This document shows, piece after piece, positions 40,622-50,068 of a stretch of 52,901 nucleotides of DNA. Within the stretch, counting starts at the first letter, position 1, and each line of letters starts with the position of its first letter. The DNA is taken from positions 1-52,901 of the forward strand of contig CAMCAC010000002.1 in NCBI GenBank assembly GCA_945872305.1, in the 5' to 3' direction. The position numbers and the translations under genes are program-made. The notes under the pieces are model-generated. The model did no database searches and was not told the DNA's origin. It saw nothing but the letters and a program-made list of their open reading frames with translations. The DNA is from Candidatus Kuenenia stuttgartensis (GTDB lineage: Bacteria; Planctomycetota; UBA11346).

Positions 40622-42682
40622 ATGCGCTGCATCCTCGCCCCGACCATCCTCACCTGTGCCCTCGTCGGCGCCGAAGGCCCGATGGCCGAGGCGGTGGCGC
40701 CGGATCCAGGCCGGACCATCACCCGCATCGAGCAGGGCGTCTGGGGCAAGACCTGGAATGATCCCGCCCTGGCGCCCTGGCGCGCCCAGGCGGCCTCCGC
40801 TGCGGCCCAGGCCCAGGCGTCAAGCGGCATCGACATCCTCGCTGCGCTGCGTGCCGCCAAGGATGGCCACCTGGTCCTGGACCGGCTCACCGTGCAGGAC
40901 GGCAAGCCCGATGTCTCGTTCCAGGGCCAGATCCGCCTGGGCGCCGCCGCCGGCGCCGTATGGACCGCCCTGGCCAAGGCCGTGAAGGCAGTCGCCACCG
41001 CCGAAGCGGTGCCCGGCGCCGACGCCACCATCACCGCCGAGAACAACGGCGACATGGCGGTGACCTTCGCCCGCTTCGGCGACGCCATCGCCTTCGGCCA
41101 TCCTGCCGCAGGCATCGCGGTCCGCCCGGTGCCGGCCAGCGAGGCGGACATCACCGTGCGCGTCGACCAGGCCCGCCTCCAGGCGGCCATGCAGCAGATC
41201 CAGGGCGCCGACAACGCGGCCCTGGCCAAGGCCGGGGCCGACTTCATGGCCCGCCACCCGGAGCTCTTCGCCGAGCTGGTGTGGACCATGACCGCGGTGC
41301 CCGAGGGCTTCCATGAGCGCATCGTCAGCGGCGCCAACCCGGCGGCCCTGCCGGTCGACCGTGCCGTGCTCAACCGGCTTCCGGCCAACACCCTGGCGGT
41401 GCTCGCCGGCGGCGTGGACGGAGCCAAGACCTGGGATCTGCTGGCACCGTACCTGCTGGATGTCATCGCCGGGACCATCAACCAGGGCGGCGACGAGCCG
41501 ACCACGTCCGAGGCTCTCCTGTCCCAGGCCGATGCCTTCCTGCAGACCCAGGGGCTTGAGGTCGGACTCAAGGACATCGTGACCGGGATGCGGGGGACGG
41601 TGGTCCTGGCCGTGACCCCGTCGATGCCGTTCCCGGCGGTCAGCCTGGCGGTGCCGCGCAGCGAAGGGGTCGATGCCCTGGTCCGCTGGGCCCTGGCCCA
41701 GGCCGGCCTGGAGGCACCCGCCGAGGGCACCCCCCTGCCGATCTCCCTGCCCAATGTGCCGGTGGCGCCGACCCTCATCGCCGACAAGGGCCACTGGCTG
41801 ATCAGCACCGACGGCCTGATCGCCAATGGCTGGGCGAGCGGCGAAGCCGGTGGTTTCGCCACGAGCAAGGCCGGCGCCGAGGCGCTGAAGCGGGCCCCTG
41901 CGGACGCCAGCCTCATCGGCGCCAGCGACACCCCGGCGGTGCTGCGCACCCTGGCCGGGTTCCTCGCCCTGGCCCCGATCCAGGACCGCAAGCAGAAGCA
42001 GCAGTTGATGACCGCCATGAACAAGCTGGCGGGCAACGCCTCGACCGGCTGGCTGTGGTCCCGCTCCGGCACCGACAAGAGCGAGGCGGAACTGCGCGGC
42101 ATCGCTGGGAGCATCGCCCTCCCGGCGGTGATCGCCGCGATCGCCATCCCGAATCTCATGGAGAGCCGGGTGACCGCCCAGAATGCCGCGGCCGCGGCCA
42201 CCCTGAAGTCCGGCCTCTTCCCAGGCCAGATCCAGTTCCAGTCGGGGAGCTACCGCGACCAGGACGGGGACAACCGGGGCGAATACGGCCTGATCGGCCA
42301 CCTGGCCGGGGACACCGACGAAGAGGCGGGTCCCAAGCGGGCGCTGTCCTTGATCGCCCCCGACTTCCAGGGCATCGATCCCATCCGGCAGGGCTACCAG
42401 TACCGCATCTACCTGCCGACCGCCGCCGACAACGGTTCCGCGGATCCGGCCGAGGTGAATGCCGCCACCGATCCCGCCGCCATCGACCTGCGCGAGCAAT
42501 GGTTCGTCGCCTACACTTGGCCGGTGGATGGCGAGGGCAAGGTCTATGCAACCACCGTGACCGGGCTCGTCTACCAGGCGGCCGTCGAGGACGTGGGCGA
42601 ACCCGAGTGGAACAGCCTCTTTGGCGACAACGGCTGGGGCACCGAGATCGACACCGCGGTCTGGAGCCTCTACCAGCGCTGA
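40622..42682 (+). CDS. Hypothetical secreted/membrane protein with a C-terminal pilin-like module
   Basis: The ATG at 40622 is in frame inside run-on tracked ORF 39212-42682. A signal-like segment MRCILAPTILTCALVGAEG precedes ~500 aa with no family I recognise. Then IALPAVIAAIAIPNLMESRVTAQNAAAAATLKSG...SYRDQDGDNRGEYG resembles the second half of a type IV pilin/pseudopilin alpha-1 helix plus head domain. Confidence 0.6.
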   Translation: MRCILAPTILTCALVGAEGPMAEAVAPDPGRTITRIEQGVWGKTWNDPALAPWRAQAASAAAQAQASSGIDILAALRAAKDGHLVLDRLTVQDGKPDVSFQGQIRLGAAAGAVWTALAKAVKAVATAEAVPGADATITAENNGDMAVTFARFGDAIAFGHPAAGIAVRPVPASEADITVRVDQARLQAAMQQIQGADNAALAKAGADFMARHPELFAELVWTMTAVPEGFHERIVSGANPAALPVDRAVLNRLPANTLAVLAGGVDGAKTWDLLAPYLLDVIAGTINQGGDEPTTSEALLSQADAFLQTQGLEVGLKDIVTGMRGTVVLAVTPSMPFPAVSLAVPRSEGVDALVRWALAQAGLEAPAEGTPLPISLPNVPVAPTLIADKGHWLISTDGLIANGWASGEAGGFATSKAGAEALKRAPADASLIGASDTPAVLRTLAGFLALAPIQDRKQKQQLMTAMNKLAGNASTGWLWSRSGTDKSEAELRGIAGSIALPAVIAAIAIPNLMESRVTAQNAAAAATLKSGLFPGQIQFQSGSYRDQDGDNRGEYGLIGHLAGDTDEEAGPKRALSLIAPDFQGIDPIRQGYQYRIYLPTAADNGSADPAEVNAATDPAAIDLREQWFVAYTWPVDGEGKVYATTVTGLVYQAAVEDVGEPEWNSLFGDNGWGTEIDTAVWSLYQR

Positions 42683-42689
42683 TCCAGCG

Positions 42690-43646
42690 TCAGCGGATGC
42701 CGGCGGCGGTGGCCGCCGCCGGCACCAGACGCCGGGCCTCGATCACCGCCGCTTCAGCCTTGGCCAGACGCTGGCGCGCGGCTTCGAGCCGGGGAGCGGC
42801 CTCCTTGGCGCCAGCGACCCGGTTGCGGGCGGCGATCAGGTCGCGCTTGGCCTTGCCCACCGCCGTTTCCGCCTCGGCGAGCTGGGCAGCGACCGCCTGA
42901 CGGCGTTCGGCCCGGGCGGTGCGCTGACGGGGATCGGTGGTGGCTTCGCGCAGGGCGTCATCGGCCTTTTCCAAGGCATTTGCGGCATTTTCCTTGGCCT
43001 TTTGGGCGGCTTCGACGGCCTTGCCTGCGCGCTCCTCGGCCCCCGGCTCGATCTTGGCCGCCGCCTCCAGTTCGGCGACCTGGGCCTTGGCCTGGTCCCG
43101 CTCACGCTCGGCGGCACCCAGCCGCCGGCGCCCCTCGGCCTCGGTTGCGGAGACGAAGCCGTCACCCCACCGGACCATTCCGGTCGCCGCCGCATGGGCG
43201 GCACCGGAGGTCCACCGCCCGTCGACCCGGACCCAGCCGATCTGCTCCATGACCCGGGCGCCCCACGCCGACGACGCGTCGAGGAGCAGCCCTTCCTGGG
43301 CCTCGGCGGCGGCCCGGTCGACGAGCATGCGTTCCGCGCACCACTGGGCGAGGCGGAAATGGGCCTCCGGCGATCCGTCCAGGGCCTGGCGGCGCTCCTG
43401 GTATTCCTCAAGAGCGGGACGCAGGTCGATGCGCTTGGCGATGCGGTTGGCGGGGATGTGGGCCGTCGTCCGGCGGACTTCACCTTTGGCCAGGGACATG
43501 ATGACGAGGGCGATCCCGCTGTCGTCCTCGCCCTTGAACTCCCCTCGCAGCCGCTGGCCATCGACCAGGACGAGTTCGACCTCCGCGGCCAGGGCCAGGG
43601 ACGGGACGAGGAGCAGGGCGGCGAGGAGGAAGGGGGCACGGACCAT
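42690..43646 (-). CDS. Secreted coiled-coil protein, hypothetical
   Basis: Start at MVRAPFLLAALLLVPSLALA (signal peptide) at 43646. There is a small beta-rich N-domain, and the C-terminal ~150 aa are A/E/R/K-rich heptad-like. Only the last 318 codons of tracked ORF 42690-44333 look genuine. Confidence 0.55.
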   Translation of the reverse strand: MVRAPFLLAALLLVPSLALAAEVELVLVDGQRLRGEFKGEDDSGIALVIMSLAKGEVRRTTAHIPANRIAKRIDLRPALEEYQERRQALDGSPEAHFRLAQWCAERMLVDRAAAEAQEGLLLDASSAWGARVMEQIGWVRVDGRWTSGAAHAAATGMVRWGDGFVSATEAEGRRRLGAAERERDQAKAQVAELEAAAKIEPGAEERAGKAVEAAQKAKENAANALEKADDALREATTDPRQRTARAERRQAVAAQLAEAETAVGKAKRDLIAARNRVAGAKEAAPRLEAARQRLAKAEAAVIEARRLVPAAATAAGIR

Positions 43647-43767
43647 GAGGGGATTGGAACAGACCCGACCCGGCATGCCATGCGGGAGTTTCCGCCAGCG
43701 CCATCCCCTCGGGGTGCCTTGCCCGGACCGCCGACCGGGTAGGCTCCCGGTCCACTCCGGAGCCGCC

Positions 43768-45048
43768 ATGATCGACCTCGCCGCTTTGCGCACCCAGCCC
43801 GACGCCTTCCGCGCCGCCTGGTCCGCGCGCGGCGCCGCGGTGGATGTGGACGGGCTGCTCGCCCTCGACCAGCAGGTCCGCGCCCTGAAGACCCGGGCCG
43901 AAGGCATCAAGGCCGAGGTCAACGCCGCGAGCAAGGCCATCGGCATGGCCGCCAAGGCCGGCGGCGCGGCGGTCGAGGAGGCCAAGGCCAAGGCCCGGGC
44001 CCTGGGCGACCAGCACAAGGCGGTGGACACCGAGCGCGAGGCCCTGGAGAAGGAGCTCCAGGCGGCCCTGATGGTGGTGCCCAACCCCTGTCTGCCGGAC
44101 GTCCCGGTCGGCAAGGACGCCAGCGAGAACCGGGTGGCCGCCACCTGGGGCACCGCGCCGGCCTTCGCCTTCGCGCCCAAGGCCCACTGGGACCTCGGGC
44201 CCGCCCTCGGGATCATGGATTTCGAGCGGGCGGCGAAGATCAGCGGCAGCGGCTTCGCCAGCCTGCGCGGCGCCGGCGCCCGCCTGAGCCGGGCCCTGGT
44301 CTCGTGGTTCCTCGACACCCACACCACCCGCAACGGCTACACCGAGCTCGCGGTACCCTACCTGGTCACCCCCAAGACCATGACCGGCACCGGCCAGCTC
44401 CCCAAGTTCGCGGACCAGCTCTACCGCTGCGCCGACGACGACCTGCTCCTGATCCCCACCGCCGAGGTCCCGGTCACCAACCTGCACGCCGGCGAGATCA
44501 TCGACGAGGCCGCCCTGCCGGTGAGGTACACCTGCCACACCCCGTGCTTCCGGCGCGAGGCCGGCGCCGCCGGGGTAGGCACCCGCGGTCTGACCCGGGT
44601 CCACCAGTTCGACAAGGTCGAGGTGGTCTGGCTGACCACCCCCGAGCGCAGCCGGGCCGACCTCGACACCCTGCGTGGCCACGCCGAGCACCTGCTCCAG
44701 GAGCTCGGCCTGCATTACCGGGTGCTCCAGCTGTGCACCGGCGACACCGGCTTCGGCTCGGCCATGACCTTCGACCTGGAGGTCTGGGCCCCGGGCGCCA
44801 ACGCCTGGCTCGAAGTGTCGAGCTGCTCGACCTTCACCGACTTCCAGAGCCGGCGGGCGGATCTGCGCTACCGCGGCGCAGACAGCAAGCTGCGTCTGCT
44901 GCACACCCTGAACGGCTCGGCCCTGGCCCTGCCCCGCTGCCTGATCGCCCTGATCGAGACCTGGCAGCAGGCGGACGGATCGATCACCGTGCCGCCGGTG
45001 CTGCGACCGTACCTCGGCGGCCTCGACCGCATCACCGCTACCGCCTGA
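43768..45048 (+). CDS. serS: Seryl-tRNA synthetase
   Basis: N-terminal coiled-coil arm (MIDLAALRTQPDAF...) and class II motifs (TGTGQLPKF; CFRREAGAAGVGTRGLTRVHQFDKVE; NGSALALPR), 426 aa. Confidence 0.95.
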   Translation: MIDLAALRTQPDAFRAAWSARGAAVDVDGLLALDQQVRALKTRAEGIKAEVNAASKAIGMAAKAGGAAVEEAKAKARALGDQHKAVDTEREALEKELQAALMVVPNPCLPDVPVGKDASENRVAATWGTAPAFAFAPKAHWDLGPALGIMDFERAAKISGSGFASLRGAGARLSRALVSWFLDTHTTRNGYTELAVPYLVTPKTMTGTGQLPKFADQLYRCADDDLLLIPTAEVPVTNLHAGEIIDEAALPVRYTCHTPCFRREAGAAGVGTRGLTRVHQFDKVEVVWLTTPERSRADLDTLRGHAEHLLQELGLHYRVLQLCTGDTGFGSAMTFDLEVWAPGANAWLEVSSCSTFTDFQSRRADLRYRGADSKLRLLHTLNGSALALPRCLIALIETWQQADGSITVPPVLRPYLGGLDRITATA

Positions 45049-45060
45049 CGGAGACCGGCC

Positions 45061-46989
45061 ATGAGCGACGCGATCAAGCACGAGTGCGGCATCGCCCTGG
45101 TCCGCCTGAAGCGGCCCCTGGCGTACTACCAGGAGGTCCACGGCACGCCGCTGTGGGGCCTCCAGCGGCTGTACCTGCTCATGGAGAAGCAGCGCAACCG
45201 CGGCCAGGACGGCGCCGGGCTGTGCGTGCTGCGCCAGGGGATCGCCCACGGGGCCCAGTACCTGCACCGCGAGCGCCAGCACGGTTCATCGTGCCTCGAC
45301 CGTCTCTGGAAGCATGTCCACGACGATGTCGCCCGGGCCCAGAAGATCGCCAAGAACGCCGATGAGCTCAAGCGCCTGTGTCCGTTCCTGGGCGAGGTGC
45401 ACATGGGCCACCTGCGCTACGGCACCCACGGCGCCAACGGCATCGACAACTGCCATCCGTACCTGCGCCCGAGCAATTGGCCGACCCGGCTGCTCACCGT
45501 GGCCGGCAACTTCAACCTGACCAACACCGACCAGCTCTTCGACATGCTGGTCCAGCTCGGCCAGCACCCGACCGGCGAGGCGGACACCGCCACGGTCATG
45601 GAGAAGATCGGCCACTTCCTGGAAGAGGCCAACGAAGCCATCCTGCGCCAGCTCGACGGCCGCGGCCTGCGCGGTGCCGCCCTGGTCGAGGCGATCGGCA
45701 ACGAGCTGGACGTGGCCAAGGTCCTGCGCCGCTCCGCCCGGGCCTGGGACGGCGGCTACCTGATGGCCGGCATCATCGGCCACGGGGCGAGCTTCGTCCT
45801 GCGCGATCCGAGCGCGATCCGCCCGGGATTCTGGTACGAGGACGACGAGGTGGTGGCGGTGGCGAGCGAGCGCGCCGCCCTGCTCACCTGCTTCAACCTG
45901 AACCCCGAGGCGGTCCGCGAGATCACCCCGGGCCACGCCCTGATCATCTCCCACAAGGGCGAGGCCAAGGAGCACGAGATCGTGCCCCGGCGCGAGCGCC
46001 GCTCGTGCACCTTCGAGCGCATCTACTTCTCGCGCGGCAACGACGCCGACATCTACCGCGAGCGCAAGCGGCTCGGCGCCGAGCTCGCCGGCCCCCTGGC
46101 CGAGGCGGTCGAGGGCGATCTCGCCGGCACGGTCATCAGCTACGTCCCCAACACCGCCGAATCCGCGTACTACGGCCTCCTCGAAGGGCTCGACGCCCAC
46201 CTCGCGGTATGGATGGAGCGCGAGATCATCCGCCTCCAGGCCGAAGGCCCCCTCACCCCCGAGCGGTTGCGCCCGGTGCTCTCGGCCCGGGTCTGGCAGG
46301 AAAAGGCGGCCCACAAGGACGCCAAGCTGCGCACCTTCATCACCGGCGAGGACGACCGCGGCGACCTGGTCGCCCACGCCTACGATGTGACCCGCGGCAT
46401 CCTGGAGCCCGGCAAGCACAACCTGGCGGTCATCGACGACTCCATCGTGCGCGGCACCACCCTGCGCCAGTCGATCATCCGCATGCTCTCCCGGCTCGGG
46501 CCGAAGCGGCTGGTCATCCTGTCGAGCGCGCCGCAGATCCGCTACCCGGACTGCTACGGCATCGACATGTCGGAACTCGGCAAGTTCGTCGCCTTCGAGG
46601 CCGCCGTCTCGCTCCTGCGGGAGCGCGGGCAGGCCCGGGTGCTCGACGACGTCTACGAGGCGTGCAAGGCCGAGGAGGCCCGGGCCCAGCAGGGCGGCAC
46701 ACCCCAGGACATCAACCACGTGAAGCGGGTCTATGCCCCGTTCAGCGATGCGGAGGTGAGCGCCAAGATCGCCGAACTGGTGCGGCCCAAGGACCTCACC
46801 TGGAACGGCACCCTGACGGTGGTCTTCCAGACCGTCGCCGGCCTGCGTCGGGCCATCCCCGGGCACACCGGCGACTGGTACTTCACCGGCGACTATCCGA
46901 CCCCGGGCGGCTACCGGGTGGTCAACCGGGCGTTCATCAACTTCATGGAGCGGCGCAGCGGCCGGGCCTACGAACGGGCGGCGGGCTGA
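45061..46989 (+). CDS. purF: Amidophosphoribosyltransferase, long (~640 aa) type
   Basis: MSDAIKHECGIALVRL carries the Ntn Cys. YLLMEKQRNRGQDGAG and the PRTase loop NLAVIDDSIVRGTT follow. The length and N-terminus match the long PurF form as I remember it from Bacteroidota/PVC. It starts 12 nt after serS. Confidence 0.8.
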   Translation: MSDAIKHECGIALVRLKRPLAYYQEVHGTPLWGLQRLYLLMEKQRNRGQDGAGLCVLRQGIAHGAQYLHRERQHGSSCLDRLWKHVHDDVARAQKIAKNADELKRLCPFLGEVHMGHLRYGTHGANGIDNCHPYLRPSNWPTRLLTVAGNFNLTNTDQLFDMLVQLGQHPTGEADTATVMEKIGHFLEEANEAILRQLDGRGLRGAALVEAIGNELDVAKVLRRSARAWDGGYLMAGIIGHGASFVLRDPSAIRPGFWYEDDEVVAVASERAALLTCFNLNPEAVREITPGHALIISHKGEAKEHEIVPRRERRSCTFERIYFSRGNDADIYRERKRLGAELAGPLAEAVEGDLAGTVISYVPNTAESAYYGLLEGLDAHLAVWMEREIIRLQAEGPLTPERLRPVLSARVWQEKAAHKDAKLRTFITGEDDRGDLVAHAYDVTRGILEPGKHNLAVIDDSIVRGTTLRQSIIRMLSRLGPKRLVILSSAPQIRYPDCYGIDMSELGKFVAFEAAVSLLRERGQARVLDDVYEACKAEEARAQQGGTPQDINHVKRVYAPFSDAEVSAKIAELVRPKDLTWNGTLTVVFQTVAGLRRAIPGHTGDWYFTGDYPTPGGYRVVNRAFINFMERRSGRAYERAAG

Positions 46990-47025
46990 TCGTCCGGCGC
47001 GGACGGTGGTGATGGACGGCAGGGA

Positions 47026-47196
47026 TCAGTCCCCGCCGCCGTCTCCACCATCGGAACCGCCGTCGCTGGGGCCATCCGGGCCACTGCCGCCGGCACCACC
47101 GTCGCCGACGGTTCCCTGGAACTGACCAGGCCTGCGCGCGACCACCGCCATCACGATGGCGAGGATCGCGACCGGAAGCAGCAGCAACCAGGACAT
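47026..47196 (-). CDS. Untracked 56-aa microprotein: one TM helix plus a Gly/Asp-rich tail
   Basis: Hand-translated: MSWLLLLPVAILAIVMAVVARRPGQFQGTVGDGGAGGSGPDGPSDGGSDGGDGGGD, then TGA. The ATG at 47196 is preceded by GGGAGG with a 5-nt spacer and begins 13 nt after the upstream gene's stop. It is below the 60-aa cut-off of the ORF track. Confidence 0.5.
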   Translation of the reverse strand: MSWLLLLPVAILAIVMAVVARRPGQFQGTVGDGGAGGSGPDGPSDGGSDGGDGGGD

Positions 47197-47209
47197 CAGG
47201 ACCTCCCGT

Positions 47210-48055
47210 TCAGCGGGCTTCCAGATATTTGATCGCCACCACCCGGTTGCCCTTGGCGTTGTAGACGACCTTGTCCATCAGGTTGCGGATGAGGTGCAGT
47301 CCATAACCGCCCAAGCGCTTGTTCTGGGCCTTACGGTTCTCGATGTGGCCGAGGGGATCCTGGCTCGGATCGGGCACGGCCCCGGGATCGAACCCCTCCC
47401 CCTCGTCCTCGATCGCGACGATGACCTTGCCGGGCAGGATGCGGCAGCCGAGGACCACCTGCTTGGACAGATCTCCACGGTTGCCCCATTCGATGGCATT
47501 CCGGCCCAGTTCCTCCAGGGCCAGCCGCACCTGGCTGGCCGCCGGCTCCGGCATGTGGAAGCGCTCCAGGAGCCCGAGGAATTTGCGATAGCGGTAGAGC
47601 ACCGACGGATCCGAACCGCCGCGCACCTCGAACCAGCCGTTGGGATCGTAGGTCACCTCGATCGGAACCTCGCCGACCGGCCGATGGGCGAGGGCGTTGC
47701 CCACCGCCGCATGGATGTCCTCGATCGATGCCGGCTTGACCAGGTAGTCGCAGGCGCCGGCACGCAGACAGCGCACCACCACGTCGTCCTGGCCAAGGGC
47801 GGTGAGCATGACGACCGCGGCGGGGTAGCGCCGCTGACGCAGTTCCGCCAGAAGCCCCTCGCCATCGAGGCGGGGCATGATGATGTCGCTGAGGACCAGG
47901 GCATACGGCTCGCTGGCGGCTGCGATCCGTTCCAGCGCCTCGACGCCATCCGCGGCGCAGTCCACCTGGAGGTCCCCAAGCTCCGCCACCGTTTCCACGA
48001 CATGCTCGCGCAGGGCGGGCATGTCCTCGACGACGAGAACACGCTGGCCGGTCAT
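47210..48055 (-). CDS. Response-regulator receiver fused to an RsbW/SpoIIAB-like HATPase (serine kinase/anti-sigma type)
   Basis: REC motifs VLVVEDMP...LVLSDIIMPRLDG...LVKP. The C-terminal region LALEELGRNAIEWGN...IAIEDEGEGFDP...GGYGLHLIRNLMD matches HATPase_c_2. Confidence 0.8.
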   Translation of the reverse strand: MTGQRVLVVEDMPALREHVVETVAELGDLQVDCAADGVEALERIAAASEPYALVLSDIIMPRLDGEGLLAELRQRRYPAAVVMLTALGQDDVVVRCLRAGACDYLVKPASIEDIHAAVGNALAHRPVGEVPIEVTYDPNGWFEVRGGSDPSVLYRYRKFLGLLERFHMPEPAASQVRLALEELGRNAIEWGNRGDLSKQVVLGCRILPGKVIVAIEDEGEGFDPGAVPDPSQDPLGHIENRKAQNKRLGGYGLHLIRNLMDKVVYNAKGNRVVAIKYLEAR

Positions 48056-48057
48056 GA

Positions 48058-48876
48058 TCAGGCCCTCGGCAGGATGACCTGGAAGCGGGCGCCTCCCAGG
48101 GGACCGCGATCGACCTGCACGGAACCTCCGTGCAGCCGGACCACGGCTTGGACGATGGACAGTCCCAGACCGGAGCCGCTGGCGCCGGCAATCCGCTCAT
48201 GGGCCCCCTTGGTGGGCAAGGGGGAGCGGGACCAATAGGGCCGGAACATGCGATCCGCCTGGTCCCTGGGGATTCCGGGTCCTGAATCCTGCACCGTGAG
48301 CAGGAGACGGACCGGATCGGATTCGATGGCCACAGCCAGCTGGCCACCACGCGGAGTGAAGGTCCGCGCGTTGTCGACCAGGTTGAGCATGACCTGCATC
48401 ATGCGTTTGGGATCCATGGGGAAGGTCTGCCCAGCGAGGACGGCGGGATCCGGCCACGTGGTGATGAGTCCGGCTGCATCGATGACGGGTTCGGTGCAGG
48501 CCCGGATGTCCCCTGCGAAGCGGACCAGGTCCACCTCTTCGGGTCGCAGGGTCGAGCGGCCGCCATCCACCATGCTCCAGTCCAGCAGATCATTGATCAG
48601 GCCGAGCATGAGATGGCCATTGCGATGGACGGCGTCGACGAATTCCCGGTGCTTCGTATTGAGGGTCCCGCCGATGCCGGTCAGCATCAGTTCCGAGAAC
48701 CCGATGATGCTGTTGAGCGGCGTACGGAGATCATGGCCCAGATGGGCAAGGGCCTCTTGACGGGAACGCAACTGGTCCTCAAGGAACAGGATGCGATCGT
48801 CTGCCAATTGGCCGGGGGCCGGGGTGGCATCACCGGGGAGCGAGCCAGGGGGATATGGGGTGCGTCCTGCGTCCAT
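48058..48876 (-). CDS. Soluble histidine kinase with no recognisable sensor domain
   Basis: The start at MDAGRT (48876) avoids overlapping the GH130 gene. H-box LAHLGHDLRTPLNSIIGFSEL, N-box MLNLVDNARTF, G-boxes DSGPGIP and GSGLGLSIV. No TM segment and only ~40 aa before the H-box. Its stop is adjacent to the receiver gene's start. Confidence 0.8.
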   Translation of the reverse strand: MDAGRTPYPPGSLPGDATPAPGQLADDRILFLEDQLRSRQEALAHLGHDLRTPLNSIIGFSELMLTGIGGTLNTKHREFVDAVHRNGHLMLGLINDLLDWSMVDGGRSTLRPEEVDLVRFAGDIRACTEPVIDAAGLITTWPDPAVLAGQTFPMDPKRMMQVMLNLVDNARTFTPRGGQLAVAIESDPVRLLLTVQDSGPGIPRDQADRMFRPYWSRSPLPTKGAHERIAGASGSGLGLSIVQAVVRLHGGSVQVDRGPLGGARFQVILPRA

Positions 48877-48959
48877 GTTGCCATATCCTACCACTGGATC
48901 GGCAGGGCCGCCACTGCCGATCCGCGCACCTCGCAGGGACGCGGATCGGCAGGGTCGGA

Positions 48960-49910
48960 TCACCAATGCTTGCAGGCGTGGACCAGGTCGGCCACGGTGC
49001 CGAGGGCGACGCACTGCACGGTGTCGGCGCCGCCGTAATACATCTTCACGCTGCCGTCCGGCTCGACGATCTTGGCGCATGGGAAGCAGACGTGCTCGAC
49101 CAGGCCCTGCATCTCGTACGGGGCCTCGGGCGACATGATCGGATGCTTGGTCACATGGAGGAGCTTGTGCGGCTCATCCAGGTCGAGGAGCATGGCGCCG
49201 ACCGAATACTCGCGGGTCGTGCAGTTGTTCATCACCGCATGGAAGATGCACAGCCAGCCGTCCTTGGTCCGGTACGGCACGGTGCTCGCGCCGAGACCGG
49301 AATAGGCGTAGTTCCACAGGGTCGAGTCGGCGACCAGGACCTCGTAGGAATCACCCCAGTACTTCAGGTCCGGGGAGTAGGACAGCCAGATGTTGCCCTT
49401 GCCGCTGCCCGGCATGTTCGGGCGCTCCAGGCGCATGTAGCGGCCATCCTTCGACTTCTCCGGGAAGATGACCATGTTCCGGTTGTCGGGGACATTGATG
49501 AACCACTTGAATTGCAAGGTCTTCAGGTCATCGGTGCTGGTGAACAGCGCGACCCGGCAGCCCTGGTCGCCCTCGCAGGCGATGAGCACCTTGTACTCGC
49601 CATCGAGGAAGGTGATCCGCGGATCGTAGTACACCGAGCGGGCGACCTTGTTCCACAGCGGGTCGGTCGGCATCTCGAACGGTTCCGGACGGAGCTTCCA
49701 GGTCAGGCCGTCATCCGAATCGGCGCCCCACAGCAATGTGCGGTGGTTGAGCTGGTTCGAGCGGCAGAGCATCACGTACTTGCCGTTGGCGAGCTTGATC
49801 GCCGAGGAGTTGTACACCGCCCGCATGCGGACCGGGAAGTCCTTGGCGGTCAGCACCGGGTTGCCGGCGTAGCGGTGGAGGACGGGGCGGTCGATGCGGG
49901 CGTAATCCAT
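48960..49910 (-). CDS. Glycoside hydrolase family 130-like protein (beta-mannoside phosphorylase/hydrolase fold)
   Basis: 316 aa. NPVLTAKDFP...VYNSSAI...GDSYEV...GWLCIFHAV...YSVGAMLLDLDEPHK...VCFPCA...MYYGGADT is the five-bladed propeller pattern I associate with GH130/DUF377. Confidence 0.8.
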   Translation of the reverse strand: MDYARIDRPVLHRYAGNPVLTAKDFPVRMRAVYNSSAIKLANGKYVMLCRSNQLNHRTLLWGADSDDGLTWKLRPEPFEMPTDPLWNKVARSVYYDPRITFLDGEYKVLIACEGDQGCRVALFTSTDDLKTLQFKWFINVPDNRNMVIFPEKSKDGRYMRLERPNMPGSGKGNIWLSYSPDLKYWGDSYEVLVADSTLWNYAYSGLGASTVPYRTKDGWLCIFHAVMNNCTTREYSVGAMLLDLDEPHKLLHVTKHPIMSPEAPYEMQGLVEHVCFPCAKIVEPDGSVKMYYGGADTVQCVALGTVADLVHACKHW

Positions 49911-50068
49911 GGCCGCTGCGTGTACAGCCCGGCCGGCGGCGGCAATGGACCGGTGGGGTTGCGGGCCCCGGTTTCCGGATCACGGGTGCGGCCGCCGGAT
50001 GGATCCGCATCCGGCGCCGGGGAGACCGCGCACGGGCTTGCCGGCCCTGCCCCTCCCGGAACCCGAGG

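Noticed and set aside
48960-49910. GH130 gene as a horizontally acquired island, because it looks somewhat less GC-rich than its neighbours
   Set aside because: Other strongly conserved genes (accC, gcvP) show a similar dip by eye. There are no flanking repeats, tRNA, integrase or transposase, and I cannot compute composition statistics here.
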